Below the pieces are notes generated by a model. The model did not search any database. It was given only the letters and a program-made list of their open reading frames with translations, and was not told the origin of the DNA. A stretch of 64,000 bases of DNA from Candidatus Eiseniibacteriota bacterium (lineage in GTDB: Bacteria > Eisenbacteria > RBG-16-71-46). The position numbers and the translations under genes are program-made. Positions 1 through 10,165 of the stretch are shown here, in pieces (position 1 is the first letter of the stretch; every line of letters begins with the position of its first letter). The stretch lies in contig CAVQXP010000004.1 of NCBI GenBank assembly GCA_963717935.1, positions 320,001 through 384,000 on the forward strand, given 5' to 3'.

Positions 1-39
1 TGGGGCGCGGGCTACCGCTTCACGGAGCCGGCGTCGTGA
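1..39 (+). CDS. 3' end of an OmpR/PhoB-family response regulator (partial)
   Basis: Translates WGAGYRFTEPAS*, matching the (V)WGxGYRF C-terminus of OmpR winged-helix domains. The stop overlaps the kinase GTG start (GTGA). Confidence 0.75.
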   Translation, partial: WGAGYRFTEPAS

Positions 40-1499
40 GCCGCCGCCCGCGGGGCCGCAGCCTGTTCTGGACCATCTCGGGCCTGTTCCTGCTCGCGGT
101 CGTGCTCGGCACGCTGCTCCAGGCGCTCCTGGCGGTCGCGGTCCTGCGGCCGCTCGAGGAGCGGGATTCCCGGGCCCGCGCCGAGGTCGTCGTCGCGAAC
201 ATCGCCGCCGAGATCGCCACGGCACCGCTTCCCCCGGGCGCCGGAGAACTCGAGGCCCTGCTCGCCAGACACCGGGGGAATCTCGGCCCTCATCCCCCTT
301 CGATCGTCTACCGGGCGACCGACGGACACACGGTCAGCAATCCCCGTAACCGCCAGCACATCTTCGAGCGCCTGCTCGCCGGCGAATCGCTGCCGGCCCC
401 CCCGGAGGGGGAGGGCCGCGGCGGCGGCGCTCCGCCACGACTCGACATCCTCGCGCGGCGGCCGGTCCTGCACGGCGGGGAGCGGCTGGGCGAGGTGCTC
501 GTGATCCGCCCGATGCGGCCACGCGAAGGCCGCATCCCCTTCGAGTTGCGGACCGTGCTGCTGTTCCTGCCCATCGCTCTGATCGCATCCATCGTCGTCG
601 GCTTCCTGCTCGTGCGCATCCTGGTGCGGCGGCTGCGGGCGATCGAGATCCTGGCGGCGCGCGTGGCGGAAGGCGACCTCACGGTGCGCATCGGGGATCC
701 CAGTGGTGACGAGATCGGCCGTCTGGCGGGGCGGCTCGATCGCATGACCGAGCGCCTCCTCGACGCGCGCACGCGCATCGAGGAGAACGAGCAGCAGCGC
801 CGCCAGTTGTTCGCCGACATCACCCATGAGCTGGCCACGCCGCTGACCTCGATCCGCGGCTACGCCGAGACGCTGCTCGACCCCGGCGTGGCGGTCTCCG
901 AGGAGGAGCGCGCCCGCTACGTGCGCGGCGTGCTCGAGGAGTCACGGCGGCTCGACCGCCTCATTCGCGATCTGTTCGAGCTGACGCGTCTCGAGGCCGG
1001 CGCCTCGGCGCTCACGCTCGAGTCGCTCGACTGGGCCGCGCTGTGCCGCAACACGGTGGAGCGCTTCGAGCCGCGTTTCCGCGACGCCGGACTGCGCCTG
1101 GAGTGGCGCGGGTCTCCCTCGCCGGCCTGGATCGAGGCCGACGGACATCGGATGGAGCAGGTGCTGGAGAACCTGCTGGCCAACGCGCTGCGCTACGTGC
1201 CCTCGGGCGGCACGGTCGAGCTCGCGCTCGCGGGCGTGCAGGGACGTGACGACCGCTTCCGCCTCACGGTGAGCGACGACGGCCCGGGGCTCTCGCCCGA
1301 CGACCTGTCGCACGCCTTCGAGCGGTTCTATCGCGCCGCGGGCGCCCGGGGAGCCGGCGCGGCCCGTGATGGCGGCGGCTCGGGCCTCGGGCTGGCGATC
1401 GTGCGCGAGATCGTCGAGCGGCACGGCGGCGCCGTCAGCGCGGAGACGCGCGCGCCGCACGGGCTCGCGATCGTCATCGAGTTGCCGGCGCGGAGCTGA
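36..1499 (+). CDS. HAMP-domain sensor histidine kinase (BaeS/PhoR-like)
   Basis: Two TM helices, HAMP (GDEIGRLA), H-box ADITHELATPLTSIRGY, N-box NLLANALRY, G boxes DDGPG and GSGLGL. Confidence 0.95.
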   Translation: MSRRPRGRSLFWTISGLFLLAVVLGTLLQALLAVAVLRPLEERDSRARAEVVVANIAAEIATAPLPPGAGELEALLARHRGNLGPHPPSIVYRATDGHTVSNPRNRQHIFERLLAGESLPAPPEGEGRGGGAPPRLDILARRPVLHGGERLGEVLVIRPMRPREGRIPFELRTVLLFLPIALIASIVVGFLLVRILVRRLRAIEILAARVAEGDLTVRIGDPSGDEIGRLAGRLDRMTERLLDARTRIEENEQQRRQLFADITHELATPLTSIRGYAETLLDPGVAVSEEERARYVRGVLEESRRLDRLIRDLFELTRLEAGASALTLESLDWAALCRNTVERFEPRFRDAGLRLEWRGSPSPAWIEADGHRMEQVLENLLANALRYVPSGGTVELALAGVQGRDDRFRLTVSDDGPGLSPDDLSHAFERFYRAAGARGAGAARDGGGSGLGLAIVREIVERHGGAVSAETRAPHGLAIVIELPARS

Positions 1500-1659
1500 G
1501 GCGTTCCGGCGCGAGGCCGCCGCCGCTCAGCCCGCTGCGGGATCGTCCGGCGCTCTGCGGGTGAACGTCCTGCGAACGCCGGGGACTCGACGGCCGGTCA
1601 TGCCGCGCGAGAATCGCGCGGGCCACGACGCGCGACCCGCCGGCGGATCCTTGGAGAGC

Positions 1660-1880
1660 GGAGCGTCGCAAGGTTTCCCCTTGACGGATGGAGGCCCCTG
1701 GACGAACATTATAAGTGGCGCCACGATGCAGCGAGGTCGCGGCGCGAATTCACCCCACGCATGAAGTGGGGCAAGGCCGGAAACGGACCCCTTTGCGGAT
1801 CCCACGGCCATCACTGCGAACGACGCCGGTTGAGCGCCACCCCGGGACACGGGTCGATCCGAGAGTCCCCGAGCGACGAG
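1660..1880 (+). ncRNA. Candidate structured ncRNA with 6S RNA-like architecture; boundaries approximate
   Basis: Lies between convergent genes. Nested pairings CGTCGC/GCGACG, CGGAT/ATCCG, GTGGCGC/GCGCCAC, GCAG..GGTCGCGG/CCACGGCC..CTGC and CGCGAA/TTTGCG, an A/T-rich bubble GAACATTATAA, and apical hairpins CCCCAC/GTGGGG and CCG-GAAA-CGG. Confidence 0.4.
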
Positions 1881-1933
1881 CGATCGGCGTCGAGTCTTGT
1901 GAACGCGCCGCCTCCGGCGGCCGCACCCACGCG

Positions 1934-2503
1934 CTACAGCCCCAGTTCGCCCTTGATGCCGCGCAGCGCCTCGAGCGTGGCGGCGATGTGCGGGTCGAGT
2001 TCCACGCCCAGTTCGGCCGCGCCGTTCACGATGTCCTCGCGGCTCACGTTCCGGGCGAAGTCGGCGCGCTTCATCTTCTTCCTCACTCCCGCCACCTCGA
2101 CCTCGTCCAGCGACTTGTGGGGCATGATCAACGCGCAGGCCACCAGGAAGCCGCACAGCTCGTCGCAGGCATAGAGCACCCTGGCCATCGGCGTTTCGCG
2201 CGGGACTCCGGTGTGCGTCGCGTGCCCGAGCACGGCCTGGCAGATGTCCGCCGGCCAGCCCAGGCCCCGCAGCACCCTCACGCCCTCGGCCGGATGGCGC
2301 GCGGCATCGGGGTGACGCTCCCAGTCGAAGTCGTGGATGAGGCCGGCCAGGCCCCAGCGTTCCTCGTCGGCACCCAGCAGCCGCGCGTGATGGCGCATCG
2401 CGGCCTCGACCGCGTAGCAGTGCTTGCGCAGATTCGGATTCTGGATCCACTCGTGCAGCAGCGCGAGCGCCTGCTCGCGGGTCGGGAGGGCGGGGTCGTT
2501 CAT
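1934..2503 (-). CDS. HD-domain (HDIG-type) metal-dependent phosphohydrolase
   Basis: LRKHCYAVE, GLIHDFD, HP, GH and ACDEL motifs; ends with KKMKRADFARNVSREDI. Confidence 0.85.
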   Translation of the reverse strand: MNDPALPTREQALALLHEWIQNPNLRKHCYAVEAAMRHHARLLGADEERWGLAGLIHDFDWERHPDAARHPAEGVRVLRGLGWPADICQAVLGHATHTGVPRETPMARVLYACDELCGFLVACALIMPHKSLDEVEVAGVRKKMKRADFARNVSREDIVNGAAELGVELDPHIAATLEALRGIKGELGL

Positions 2504-2571
2504 GGTGCGGTCCTCACGAAGAAGGCCGCGCGCCGGACCGCCGTCCGTTCGAGGTCACCGGGAGAACCCGC

Positions 2572-2811
2572 TCACTTGTCCTTGAAGAACGCGCGGTTCT
2601 TCTCGATGTAGTCCAGCCACTTCTCGGGCACCGAGGCGTCCGGGAAGATGGCCTGCACCGGGCAAGCCGCCTCGCACGCCTGGCAGTCGATGCACTCATC
2701 GGGGTGGATGTAGTACTGGTCCTCGCCCTCGTAGATGCAGTTCACGGGGCAGACTTCCACGCAGGACTTGTCCTTCACCCCGATGCAGGGCTCTGCGATG
2801 ACGAACGGCAT
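2572..2811 (-). CDS. fdxA: Dicluster (7Fe/8Fe) ferredoxin
   Basis: CIGVKDKSCVEVCPVNC and CIDCQACEAACP motifs; 79 aa. Confidence 0.9.
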   Translation of the reverse strand: MPFVIAEPCIGVKDKSCVEVCPVNCIYEGEDQYYIHPDECIDCQACEAACPVQAIFPDASVPEKWLDYIEKNRAFFKDK

Positions 2812-3240
2812 GCGCTCCTCCGGCCCAGCTCCACCTTCGGCGGGCGTCCCTGTCGGGGTCCGCGACCGCGGCAGGTTACGCGCGCCGCGGACGCGATCCG
2901 CACCGCCCGGAAACTCCGCTGGAAGGTGGGCGGCAGTCTAGGGCCGGCCTCCGGAGGGCGCAAGCGCGAGCCGACGACGGGGCCCGACCGCGGCGCGCGG
3001 GCCGCACCGCTCCCGTCGACGGTTCGGCCGCGTCCGGCGCGACTTCCCTGCGTGCGGAATCGGCGGCGCCTCGCGCACCCCTTTCTGCGGCAGAATGCGG
3101 CTCGTGCGCCGGCGCGAATCCGCTGCGCGCCGTGCGGACGTCCACGTGTGCAGCGGTGGCGAATGGCCCGCAGCCCCGGCGCGGGCGACGCGGGACCCAG
3201 CGCCCACAGAGGACCGAAGAAGGCACCGGGAAGAGCGAAC

Positions 3241-3843
3241 ATGGCGACCGACATCGCGGCAATCCTGCGGAACCTCGAATCCTGCTACGACTTTGCAGAC
3301 AAGTCGGTGATCCACGTGGGCGCCGGCGGCGGACAGTTCGTTGGCTACGCCGTCCGGGCACGCAAGGTGCTCGGGGTGGATCCCGACGCCGCCGCGGTGG
3401 AGCGGCTGAAGCTCGCCATCCGCGAGCAGGGCCTGGAGAGTCGCTTCAGCGCGCTGCGGGGCGACATCCTGACGGTCGCCGAACGCGCGGATGTGGTCTT
3501 CTTCGAGTTCTGCCTCCACGAGATCGTGGACCCGCGCGCGGCACTGCGGCACGCTCGCACGCTGGCGCCCGAGATCCTCATCGTGGACCCGGCGGCGGAT
3601 TCACGCTGGGCCTGGCATCTGTGCGAGACGGAGAAGGCCCACCGCGGCTGGGCGGCCGTCGAGCGATACGCGCTCACGCTCGACCGGACCTTCCCGGGCG
3701 TGCAGCGCTTCCACGACCACGCGGAGCTGCTGGCGAAGGTGCAGGTGCTGGGCGAGTGCGTGATCCGCCGCGCCCAGGAGTTCGCGGGCCAGCGGGATTT
3801 CACGATCGACATGCCGTACCGTGTGGCGCTGCTGTCCCGCTGA
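3241..3843 (+). CDS. Class I SAM-dependent methyltransferase
   Basis: Motif I VIHVGAGGG, then VD and FCLHE. ATG at 3241 chosen over the upstream low-quality ORF extension. Confidence 0.75.
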   Translation: MATDIAAILRNLESCYDFADKSVIHVGAGGGQFVGYAVRARKVLGVDPDAAAVERLKLAIREQGLESRFSALRGDILTVAERADVVFFEFCLHEIVDPRAALRHARTLAPEILIVDPAADSRWAWHLCETEKAHRGWAAVERYALTLDRTFPGVQRFHDHAELLAKVQVLGECVIRRAQEFAGQRDFTIDMPYRVALLSR

Positions 3844-4041
3844 ACCAGGCTCGAGCGCCCTCACGACCACGACGGGACAGCGCCCCTTGCCGATGGTGAC
3901 CTCCCACGGGCAGGCGGTGACGCGGGCCCCGGCGGCCCGGGGACCTGCGTCCGGCGCCTCCACCCGTGCGCCCGGCTTGCGGTTCGCGAGCTCTCCGGGC
4001 TAGGTTCGAAGCTCGTCACGTTCCCAACCCCGAGGTGCCCC

Positions 4042-6171
4042 ATGCCCGCTCCAGCCCGTCGCGTTCTCCGTGCCGCCACCCTGGCGGCGGCCTTCTCCCT
4101 CGGCGCCGGGTTCATCGCGCAACCCGCCGCCGGATCGTCCAGCGTCGCGCCGACGGCCGAGCGGCCGCCCTGGCTGGCCACCTCGGCCACGTCGCTCGAG
4201 CAGACTCTGGTGGCCAGGCATGGCGAGGCCGAGCGTGACCGCATCACCACCGGGCTGGCGCAGGTGGCCGACTACTGGCGCGCCGAGGACGGCACCGCCG
4301 AGGACTTCGCCACCTTCGTGGAGACCTATTTCGCGCCTGCGGGCCCGCAGTTGGACGCCCTCTTCGCGCGCCTGGAATCCTCGCTCGAGAGCATGGACGG
4401 GCACGTGCTCGAGATCTCGCGCGACTGGCGGAGCCAGTCCGAGCTGGATCTGGGGCCGGCCTACGCCTTCGACGAGCTGATGGCCGCCTACGCCCCGGGG
4501 GCGCACTTCCTGGAGGACAGCTACCGGAACAAGCTGGCCTTCGTCGTGCTCCTGAACTTCCCCCTGAGCACGCTCGAGCAGCGCCAGACCGAGGGCGCGG
4601 CCTGGACGCGCCGGCAGTGGGCCGAAGCGAGACTCGCGGACCGCTTCGCCAAGCGCATCCCCGCCGAGGTGAACCAGGCCTACGCGGAGGCGAGCGCCGA
4701 GGCCGAGACGTACATCGCGGGCTACAACCTGTGGGCGCATCACCTGCTCGACACCAGGGACCAGCGCCCGTTCGCAGCCGGCAAGCGGCTGCTCAGCCAC
4801 TGGAACCTGCGGGACGAGCTGAAGGCCCACTACGCCCGCGGCAAGGCGGGTCTCGACGCACAGCGGACCATGGCCCGGGCCATGGAGCGCATCGTCGATC
4901 AGACCATCCCCGCCTGCGTCATCGACAACCCGTTCGTGGACTGGAATCCCTTCACCAACGAGGTGAGCCCCGCGGCCGTGAAGGACAGCGACCGCCCCGT
5001 CCCCGCGGATCTGAAGATCACCAGCGCTCCCGAGCCCGGCCGCCGCTACGAGGTGCTCCTGAAGTGCTTCCAGGCCGTGAAGCGCCAGGATCCCTACAGC
5101 CCCCGCACGCCCACCCACATCGCCCGCAGCTTCGAGGAGAGTCGCCAGCTCCCCGAGGCCCGCGTGAAGAAGATGCTCGAGGACATCTGCGGGAGTCCCC
5201 GGGTGAAGGACGTGGCGCGTCTCATCGAGAAGCGTCTCGGCCGCAAGCTCGAGCCCTTCGACATCTGGTACAACGGCCTGCGCCCCGCCAGCAGCGTGAG
5301 CGAGGCGGAACTGGACGCCATCACCCGCCAGCGCTACCCGACCCCCGCGGCCTTCGACCAGGATCTGCCCAACATCCTCAAGCGGCTCGGCTTCAGCGAG
5401 GAGCGCGCCGCCTTCCTGTCCTCCAAGATCGACGTCGATCCCGCGCGCGGCTCCGGTCACGCGGCCGGCGCGGCCCGCCGCGACGACAACGCCCGACTGC
5501 GCACCCGCGTGGGCAGGGAGGGCATGGACTACAAGGGCTTCAACATCGCCGTCCACGAGCTGGGCCACAACGTGGAGCAGGTCTTCGGCCTGAATCGGGT
5601 GGACCACACGCTGCTGCAGGGCGTGCCCAACACCGCGTTCACGGAGGCCGTGGCCTACACCTTCCAGAACCGCGACCTGGAGATCCTCGGCGTGCCACGC
5701 AGGGCGGCGGACGCCCGGACCCAGGCCCTGAAGACGCTGGGCGAGTTCTGGCAGACCTACGAGATCTCCGGCGTGTCCCTGGTGGACATGGCCATCTGGC
5801 ACTGGATGTACGACCACCCCGACGCCTCACCGGTCGAACTGAAGGCGGCCACCCTGCAGATCTCCAAGGACGTGTGGAACGCCTACTTCGCCCCCGTCTT
5901 CGGCCGGAAGGACTGCACCCTCCTGGCCGTCTACAGCCACATCGTCCACTCGTTCCTCTACCTGCCCGACTACGCCGTCGGACACCTGATCGGCGTCCAG
6001 GTGGAGGCACAGATCGCGAAGAGCGGTGACGTGGCCGGCGAGGTGGAGCGCATGTGCCGCATCGGCAACGTCGCCCCGGACCTCTGGATGACGCAGGCCA
6101 CCGGGAGCCCCGTGGGCCCCGAGGCCCTGCTGGCGGCGACGGCCGAGGCGCTGAAGCAGGTCGGGAAGTAA
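4042..6171 (+). CDS. Secreted gluzincin-type Zn metallopeptidase (M3/M32-like, uncharacterised)
   Basis: Signal peptide, HELGH, downstream TAFTEAVA third-ligand Glu and a YSH..YLPDY C-terminal motif. Confidence 0.65.
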   Translation: MPAPARRVLRAATLAAAFSLGAGFIAQPAAGSSSVAPTAERPPWLATSATSLEQTLVARHGEAERDRITTGLAQVADYWRAEDGTAEDFATFVETYFAPAGPQLDALFARLESSLESMDGHVLEISRDWRSQSELDLGPAYAFDELMAAYAPGAHFLEDSYRNKLAFVVLLNFPLSTLEQRQTEGAAWTRRQWAEARLADRFAKRIPAEVNQAYAEASAEAETYIAGYNLWAHHLLDTRDQRPFAAGKRLLSHWNLRDELKAHYARGKAGLDAQRTMARAMERIVDQTIPACVIDNPFVDWNPFTNEVSPAAVKDSDRPVPADLKITSAPEPGRRYEVLLKCFQAVKRQDPYSPRTPTHIARSFEESRQLPEARVKKMLEDICGSPRVKDVARLIEKRLGRKLEPFDIWYNGLRPASSVSEAELDAITRQRYPTPAAFDQDLPNILKRLGFSEERAAFLSSKIDVDPARGSGHAAGAARRDDNARLRTRVGREGMDYKGFNIAVHELGHNVEQVFGLNRVDHTLLQGVPNTAFTEAVAYTFQNRDLEILGVPRRAADARTQALKTLGEFWQTYEISGVSLVDMAIWHWMYDHPDASPVELKAATLQISKDVWNAYFAPVFGRKDCTLLAVYSHIVHSFLYLPDYAVGHLIGVQVEAQIAKSGDVAGEVERMCRIGNVAPDLWMTQATGSPVGPEALLAATAEALKQVGK

Positions 6172-6247
6172 CGCGCGCGGATCGAGCGGAGGTGCGAGGC
6201 CGGCCCACGGCCTTCGCACCCCGCCCGGCCCGGACCGCGAAGGTCGC

Positions 6248-6868
6248 ATGCTCACCTACCTGATCCTCGGGATGACCTACGCCTTCGCAGCGGCCGTGCA
6301 GCCCGGCCCGCTGCAGGCGTACATCGTCTCGCAGACCCTGAGCCACGGCTGGCGCCGCGCGCTGCCGGCCGCGTTCTCGCCGCTCCTGAGCGACGGGCCC
6401 ATCATCGTCCTCGTGCTGCTGGTCCTCACCCGTCTGCCGGCCGGGTTGATCCTCGGGCTGCGCCTCGCGGGCGGCATCCTCCTGCTGCTCTTCGCCTTCC
6501 TCGCGGCACGGACGTGGCGGTTCTACGAAGCCGACAGGGCCGCGCCTGCGGACGTCCAGCCGCGGAGCCTGCTGGGGGCGACCGCGGTCAACCTGATGAG
6601 CCCGGGGCCGTACCTGGGCTGGAGCCTGGTGATGGGTCCGCTGCTGCTGAAGGGCTGGCGCGAGGCGCCGGCGAACGGCATCGCGATGCTCGCCGGCTTC
6701 TACGGAGTGATGGTCCTGAGCATGGCCGTCATCATCGTGCTCGCCGGCGCCGCGCGAGGCCTGGGCCCACGCGCGAACCGCGCCATGATCGGCCTCTCCG
6801 CGCTGGCGCTCGCCGGGCTGGGTGTGTGGCAATTGTGGTCGTGGGCCGTGGCGCTTCCGCCCGCGTGA
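6248..6868 (+). CDS. LysE-family translocator
   Basis: QPGP N-terminal motif, NLMSPGPY, about 6 TM helices, 206 aa. Confidence 0.85.
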   Translation: MLTYLILGMTYAFAAAVQPGPLQAYIVSQTLSHGWRRALPAAFSPLLSDGPIIVLVLLVLTRLPAGLILGLRLAGGILLLLFAFLAARTWRFYEADRAAPADVQPRSLLGATAVNLMSPGPYLGWSLVMGPLLLKGWREAPANGIAMLAGFYGVMVLSMAVIIVLAGAARGLGPRANRAMIGLSALALAGLGVWQLWSWAVALPPA

Positions 6869-6981
6869 CGCCGGAGCGGCCTCTCGGCCCCGGGCGCCCT
6901 CCCGGCCTCCGACCCGGTGGACCTTTCCCCGCGGGCTGCTAGAATCCCGCGGCTCGACCACCCTTCAGCCCGGAGTCCAAC

Positions 6982-7926
6982 GTGTCCCGAATCCACGACG
7001 TCGTCATCATCGGCTCGGGCCCGGCCGGCTACACGGCCGCCATCTACGCCGCCCGCGCCAATCTGCAGCCGCTCATGCTCGTCGGGCCGCAGCCCGGCGG
7101 CCAGCTCACGATCACCACCGAGGTCGAGAACTACCCGGGCTTCCCCGAGGGCATCCAGGGGCCGGAACTGATGCAGAAGATGCGCGAGCAGGCGGCGCGC
7201 TTCGGCACCGAGATCGTCGAGGCCACGGTCGAGAGCGTGGACTTCGCGCAGCGCCCCTTCACGATCCGCACCGGCCAGGACGAGTACCGGGCGAGGACGG
7301 TCATCGTCTCGACCGGCGCCTCGGCCCGCCTGCTGGGGATCCCGACCGAGAAGAAGTTCTTCGGCTTCGGCGTCTCGGCCTGCGCCACCTGTGATGGCTT
7401 CTTCTTCAAGGGCAGGCGCGTCATGGTCGTGGGCGGCGGCGACACGGCGCTGGAAGAGGCCAACTACCTGACGCGCTTCTGCAGCGAGGTGCTGATCGTG
7501 CACCGGCGCGACCAGATGCGGGCATCCAAGATCATGCAGGAGCGCTCGCTCGCGAACCCGAAGATCCGCTTCCTCCTGAACTCGACGGTGGAGGAGGTCC
7601 TGGGCCAGGAGGGGCCGCTGAAGGTGACGGGCGTGAAGCTGCGCGACCCGAGGACGGGCGCCGTCAGCGAACACCCGATCGACGGCATCTTCGTGGCCAT
7701 CGGGCACCAGCCCAACACGGCGTTCCTGAAGGGCCAGCTCGCCATCGACGAGAAGGACTACGTGATCGTGGAGCCGGGCTCGTCGCGCACGAACGTGCCC
7801 GGCGTCTTCGCGGCGGGCGACGTGGCCGACCCGGTCTATCGCCAGGCCGTGTGGGCCGCAGGCAGCGGCTGCCAGGCGGCGATCGACGCGGAGCGCTGGC
7901 TCGAAGCGCAGGCGCACGGCGGCTGA
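6982..7926 (+). CDS. trxB: Thioredoxin-disulfide reductase
   Basis: GSGPAG, GGQL, ENYPG, CATCDG, GGGDTA and RQA motifs. Confidence 0.97.
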   Translation: MSRIHDVVIIGSGPAGYTAAIYAARANLQPLMLVGPQPGGQLTITTEVENYPGFPEGIQGPELMQKMREQAARFGTEIVEATVESVDFAQRPFTIRTGQDEYRARTVIVSTGASARLLGIPTEKKFFGFGVSACATCDGFFFKGRRVMVVGGGDTALEEANYLTRFCSEVLIVHRRDQMRASKIMQERSLANPKIRFLLNSTVEEVLGQEGPLKVTGVKLRDPRTGAVSEHPIDGIFVAIGHQPNTAFLKGQLAIDEKDYVIVEPGSSRTNVPGVFAAGDVADPVYRQAVWAAGSGCQAAIDAERWLEAQAHGG

Positions 7927-7946
7927 CGCTGGCCCGGGAGAGCGAC

Positions 7947-9635
7947 ATGGAGCGCGAGGCCCTCGAGTTCGACGTGCAGTTCGTGGGCGCGGGCCCGGCG
8001 GGACTCGCGGGAGCCATCCATCTCGCGAACCTGATCGAGCGCCACGACGCGAGCGTGGCCGCGGGCGCCCCGGGCGAGCCGCTCGGCGAGATCACCATCG
8101 CCGTGCTCGAGAAGGGGAAGGCCGTGGGCGCCCACGGCATCTCGGGCGCGGTGCTCGACCCGCGCGCGCTGAACGAGTTGATGCCCGACTGGCGCGCGAA
8201 GGGCTGCCCCGTCGCCGGCGAGGTGACCGGGGACGACGTCTACTTCCTGTGGGACACCGGGCAGTTCCGGCTGCCGATCCTGCCGCCCATCCTCCAGAAC
8301 CACGGCAACTCGATCGTCTCGCTCGGCCGCCTGGTCGAGTGGCTGGCCGGCATCGCCGAGGAGAAGGGCGTGCTGGTCGTGACCGAGACCGCCGCCGCGC
8401 AGCCGCTGATCGAGAACGGCCGGCTTGCGGGCGTGCGCACGGGCGACAAGGGCGTGGACAGGGCGGGCGCGCAGAAACCCAACTACCAGCCCGGCGCCGA
8501 TTGCAGGGCGAAGGCGACGGTGCTGTGCGAGGGCCCGCGCGGCACGCTTGCGAAATCGCTCGAAGCCACGCTGGGCCTGACCGTGGGCCGGAACGCACAG
8601 GTCTACTCGACGGGCGTGAAGGAGGTCTGGGAGGTTCCCGCGGGACGCGCGCAGATGGGGCGCGTGATCCACACCATGGGCTGGCCCCTTCCCGACGACA
8701 CCTTCGGCGGCGGCTTCGTCTACGGCATGGACGAGTCGCACTGGGCGCTCGGGCTCGTCACCGGGCTCGACTCGCCCGACCCCGCGAACGACCCGCACGG
8801 CAACTTCCAGCGCTGGAAGACGCACCCGCTGCTGCGCCCGCTGCTCGCAGGCGGCAAGCCCGTCGCTTACGGCGCCAAGGCCATCCCCGAGGGCGGCTGG
8901 TGGGCCATGCCGGGACTCGCGGCCGACGGCCTGCTCCTCGCCGGCGACTCGGGCGGGTTCCTCAACGGCGCGCGCCTGAAGGGCATCCACCTCGCCATCA
9001 AGTCGGGCATGCTCGCCGCCGAGACCCTGTTCGAGTGCCTGCTGGCGAAGGACTTCTCGAAGGAGCGCCTGGCGAAGTACGAGGAGCGGGTCCGGCACTC
9101 CTGGGCCGCGGACGAGCTGAGGAGCGTGCGCAACTTCCACCAGGGCTTCGCGGGCGGACTCTACACCGGCATGGTGAGCGCCGGCATCCAGATGATGCTG
9201 GGCGGACGCGACCTGTTCGGCGACCGGCTCAAGAGCGGGCCGGGACACGAGCACATGCGCAGACTGCGCGAGCGCCACCCGGGCGGCAAGCCCGCGTCGC
9301 AGAAGTTCGATGGCGCGCTCACCTTCGACAAGCTGGCGGACGTGTACCTCTCGGGCACGAAGCACGACGAGGACCAGCCGGTGCATCTGATCGTGACCGA
9401 CCCGGCCGTGTGCGCCACGAAGTGCCGCGAGGAATACGGCAATCCCTGCCAGCATTTCTGCCCGGCGAGCGTCTACGAGCTGGTGCCGGACGAGTCGAAG
9501 CCCGATGCCCTGCGGCTGCAGATCAACGCCTCGAACTGCGTGCACTGCAAGACCTGCGACATCGCCGACCCGTACCAGGTCATCACCTGGGTCCCGCCCG
9601 AGGGCGGCGACGGCCCGGACTACAAGGACCTGTAG
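7947..9635 (+). CDS. Electron transfer flavoprotein-ubiquinone oxidoreductase
   Basis: GAGPAG FAD fold, LEKG..VGAH..SGA, KGIHLAIKSG and C-terminal CPASVYE...NCVHCKTCDI 4Fe-4S motif. ATG at 7947 follows GGAG. Confidence 0.93.
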   Translation: MEREALEFDVQFVGAGPAGLAGAIHLANLIERHDASVAAGAPGEPLGEITIAVLEKGKAVGAHGISGAVLDPRALNELMPDWRAKGCPVAGEVTGDDVYFLWDTGQFRLPILPPILQNHGNSIVSLGRLVEWLAGIAEEKGVLVVTETAAAQPLIENGRLAGVRTGDKGVDRAGAQKPNYQPGADCRAKATVLCEGPRGTLAKSLEATLGLTVGRNAQVYSTGVKEVWEVPAGRAQMGRVIHTMGWPLPDDTFGGGFVYGMDESHWALGLVTGLDSPDPANDPHGNFQRWKTHPLLRPLLAGGKPVAYGAKAIPEGGWWAMPGLAADGLLLAGDSGGFLNGARLKGIHLAIKSGMLAAETLFECLLAKDFSKERLAKYEERVRHSWAADELRSVRNFHQGFAGGLYTGMVSAGIQMMLGGRDLFGDRLKSGPGHEHMRRLRERHPGGKPASQKFDGALTFDKLADVYLSGTKHDEDQPVHLIVTDPAVCATKCREEYGNPCQHFCPASVYELVPDESKPDALRLQINASNCVHCKTCDIADPYQVITWVPPEGGDGPDYKDL

Positions 9636-9710
9636 CCGGGGCCCCGCGGCGGGTGTAGCCTCCTTGGGCCGCCGGTCCCCCGTCCCACGCGCCCCCCCGA
9701 AGGAGACCCC

Positions 9711-10076
9711 ATGAGCCCCGCCGCGCGCCGCTGGCTCTTCTGGACGCCCCGCGTCCTTGGCATCGCGTTCGTCCTGTTGATCAGTGCTTTCGCGATGGAC
9801 GTCTTCAACGGGCACTACGGCCTGGCGCAATTGCTCGTCGCCCTGGGCATGCACCTCATCCCCGCGGGTCTCGTCCTGGCCGCCCTGGTCGTGGCATGGA
9901 GGTGGGAGTGGGTCGGCGCCGTGCTGTTCTTCGGCCTCGGCGTGGCCTACATCGTGACGATGCGGGGACGCTTCGAGTGGTCCACCTACGCGCTCATCGC
10001 CGGACCGGCTTTCTTGATGGGCTTGCTCTTCCTGCTCAACTGGCGTCACCGGGCTGAGCTGCGCCGCCGCACCTGA
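9711..10076 (+). CDS. Small hypothetical membrane protein (about 4 TM)
   Basis: AAGGAG RBS; hydrophobic 121-aa ORF with WTPRVL...HLIP...AWRWE. Confidence 0.75.
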   Translation: MSPAARRWLFWTPRVLGIAFVLLISAFAMDVFNGHYGLAQLLVALGMHLIPAGLVLAALVVAWRWEWVGAVLFFGLGVAYIVTMRGRFEWSTYALIAGPAFLMGLLFLLNWRHRAELRRRT

Positions 10077-10165
10077 GCGGAGCGCCCCGCTCCGGGTATA
10101 CAATGGCGCGGTCGGCCTCCAGCGAGTCCAGCCGCACGCGCCGCAGTCAGCCACGAGGAGACTTC

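Noticed and set aside
1765..1830. c-di-GMP-I riboswitch or SRP RNA (GGGCAA..GAAA)
   Set aside because: Lacks the GCAAAG/P2 pattern and the SRP CAGG..AGCA loop; no downstream gene on that strand.
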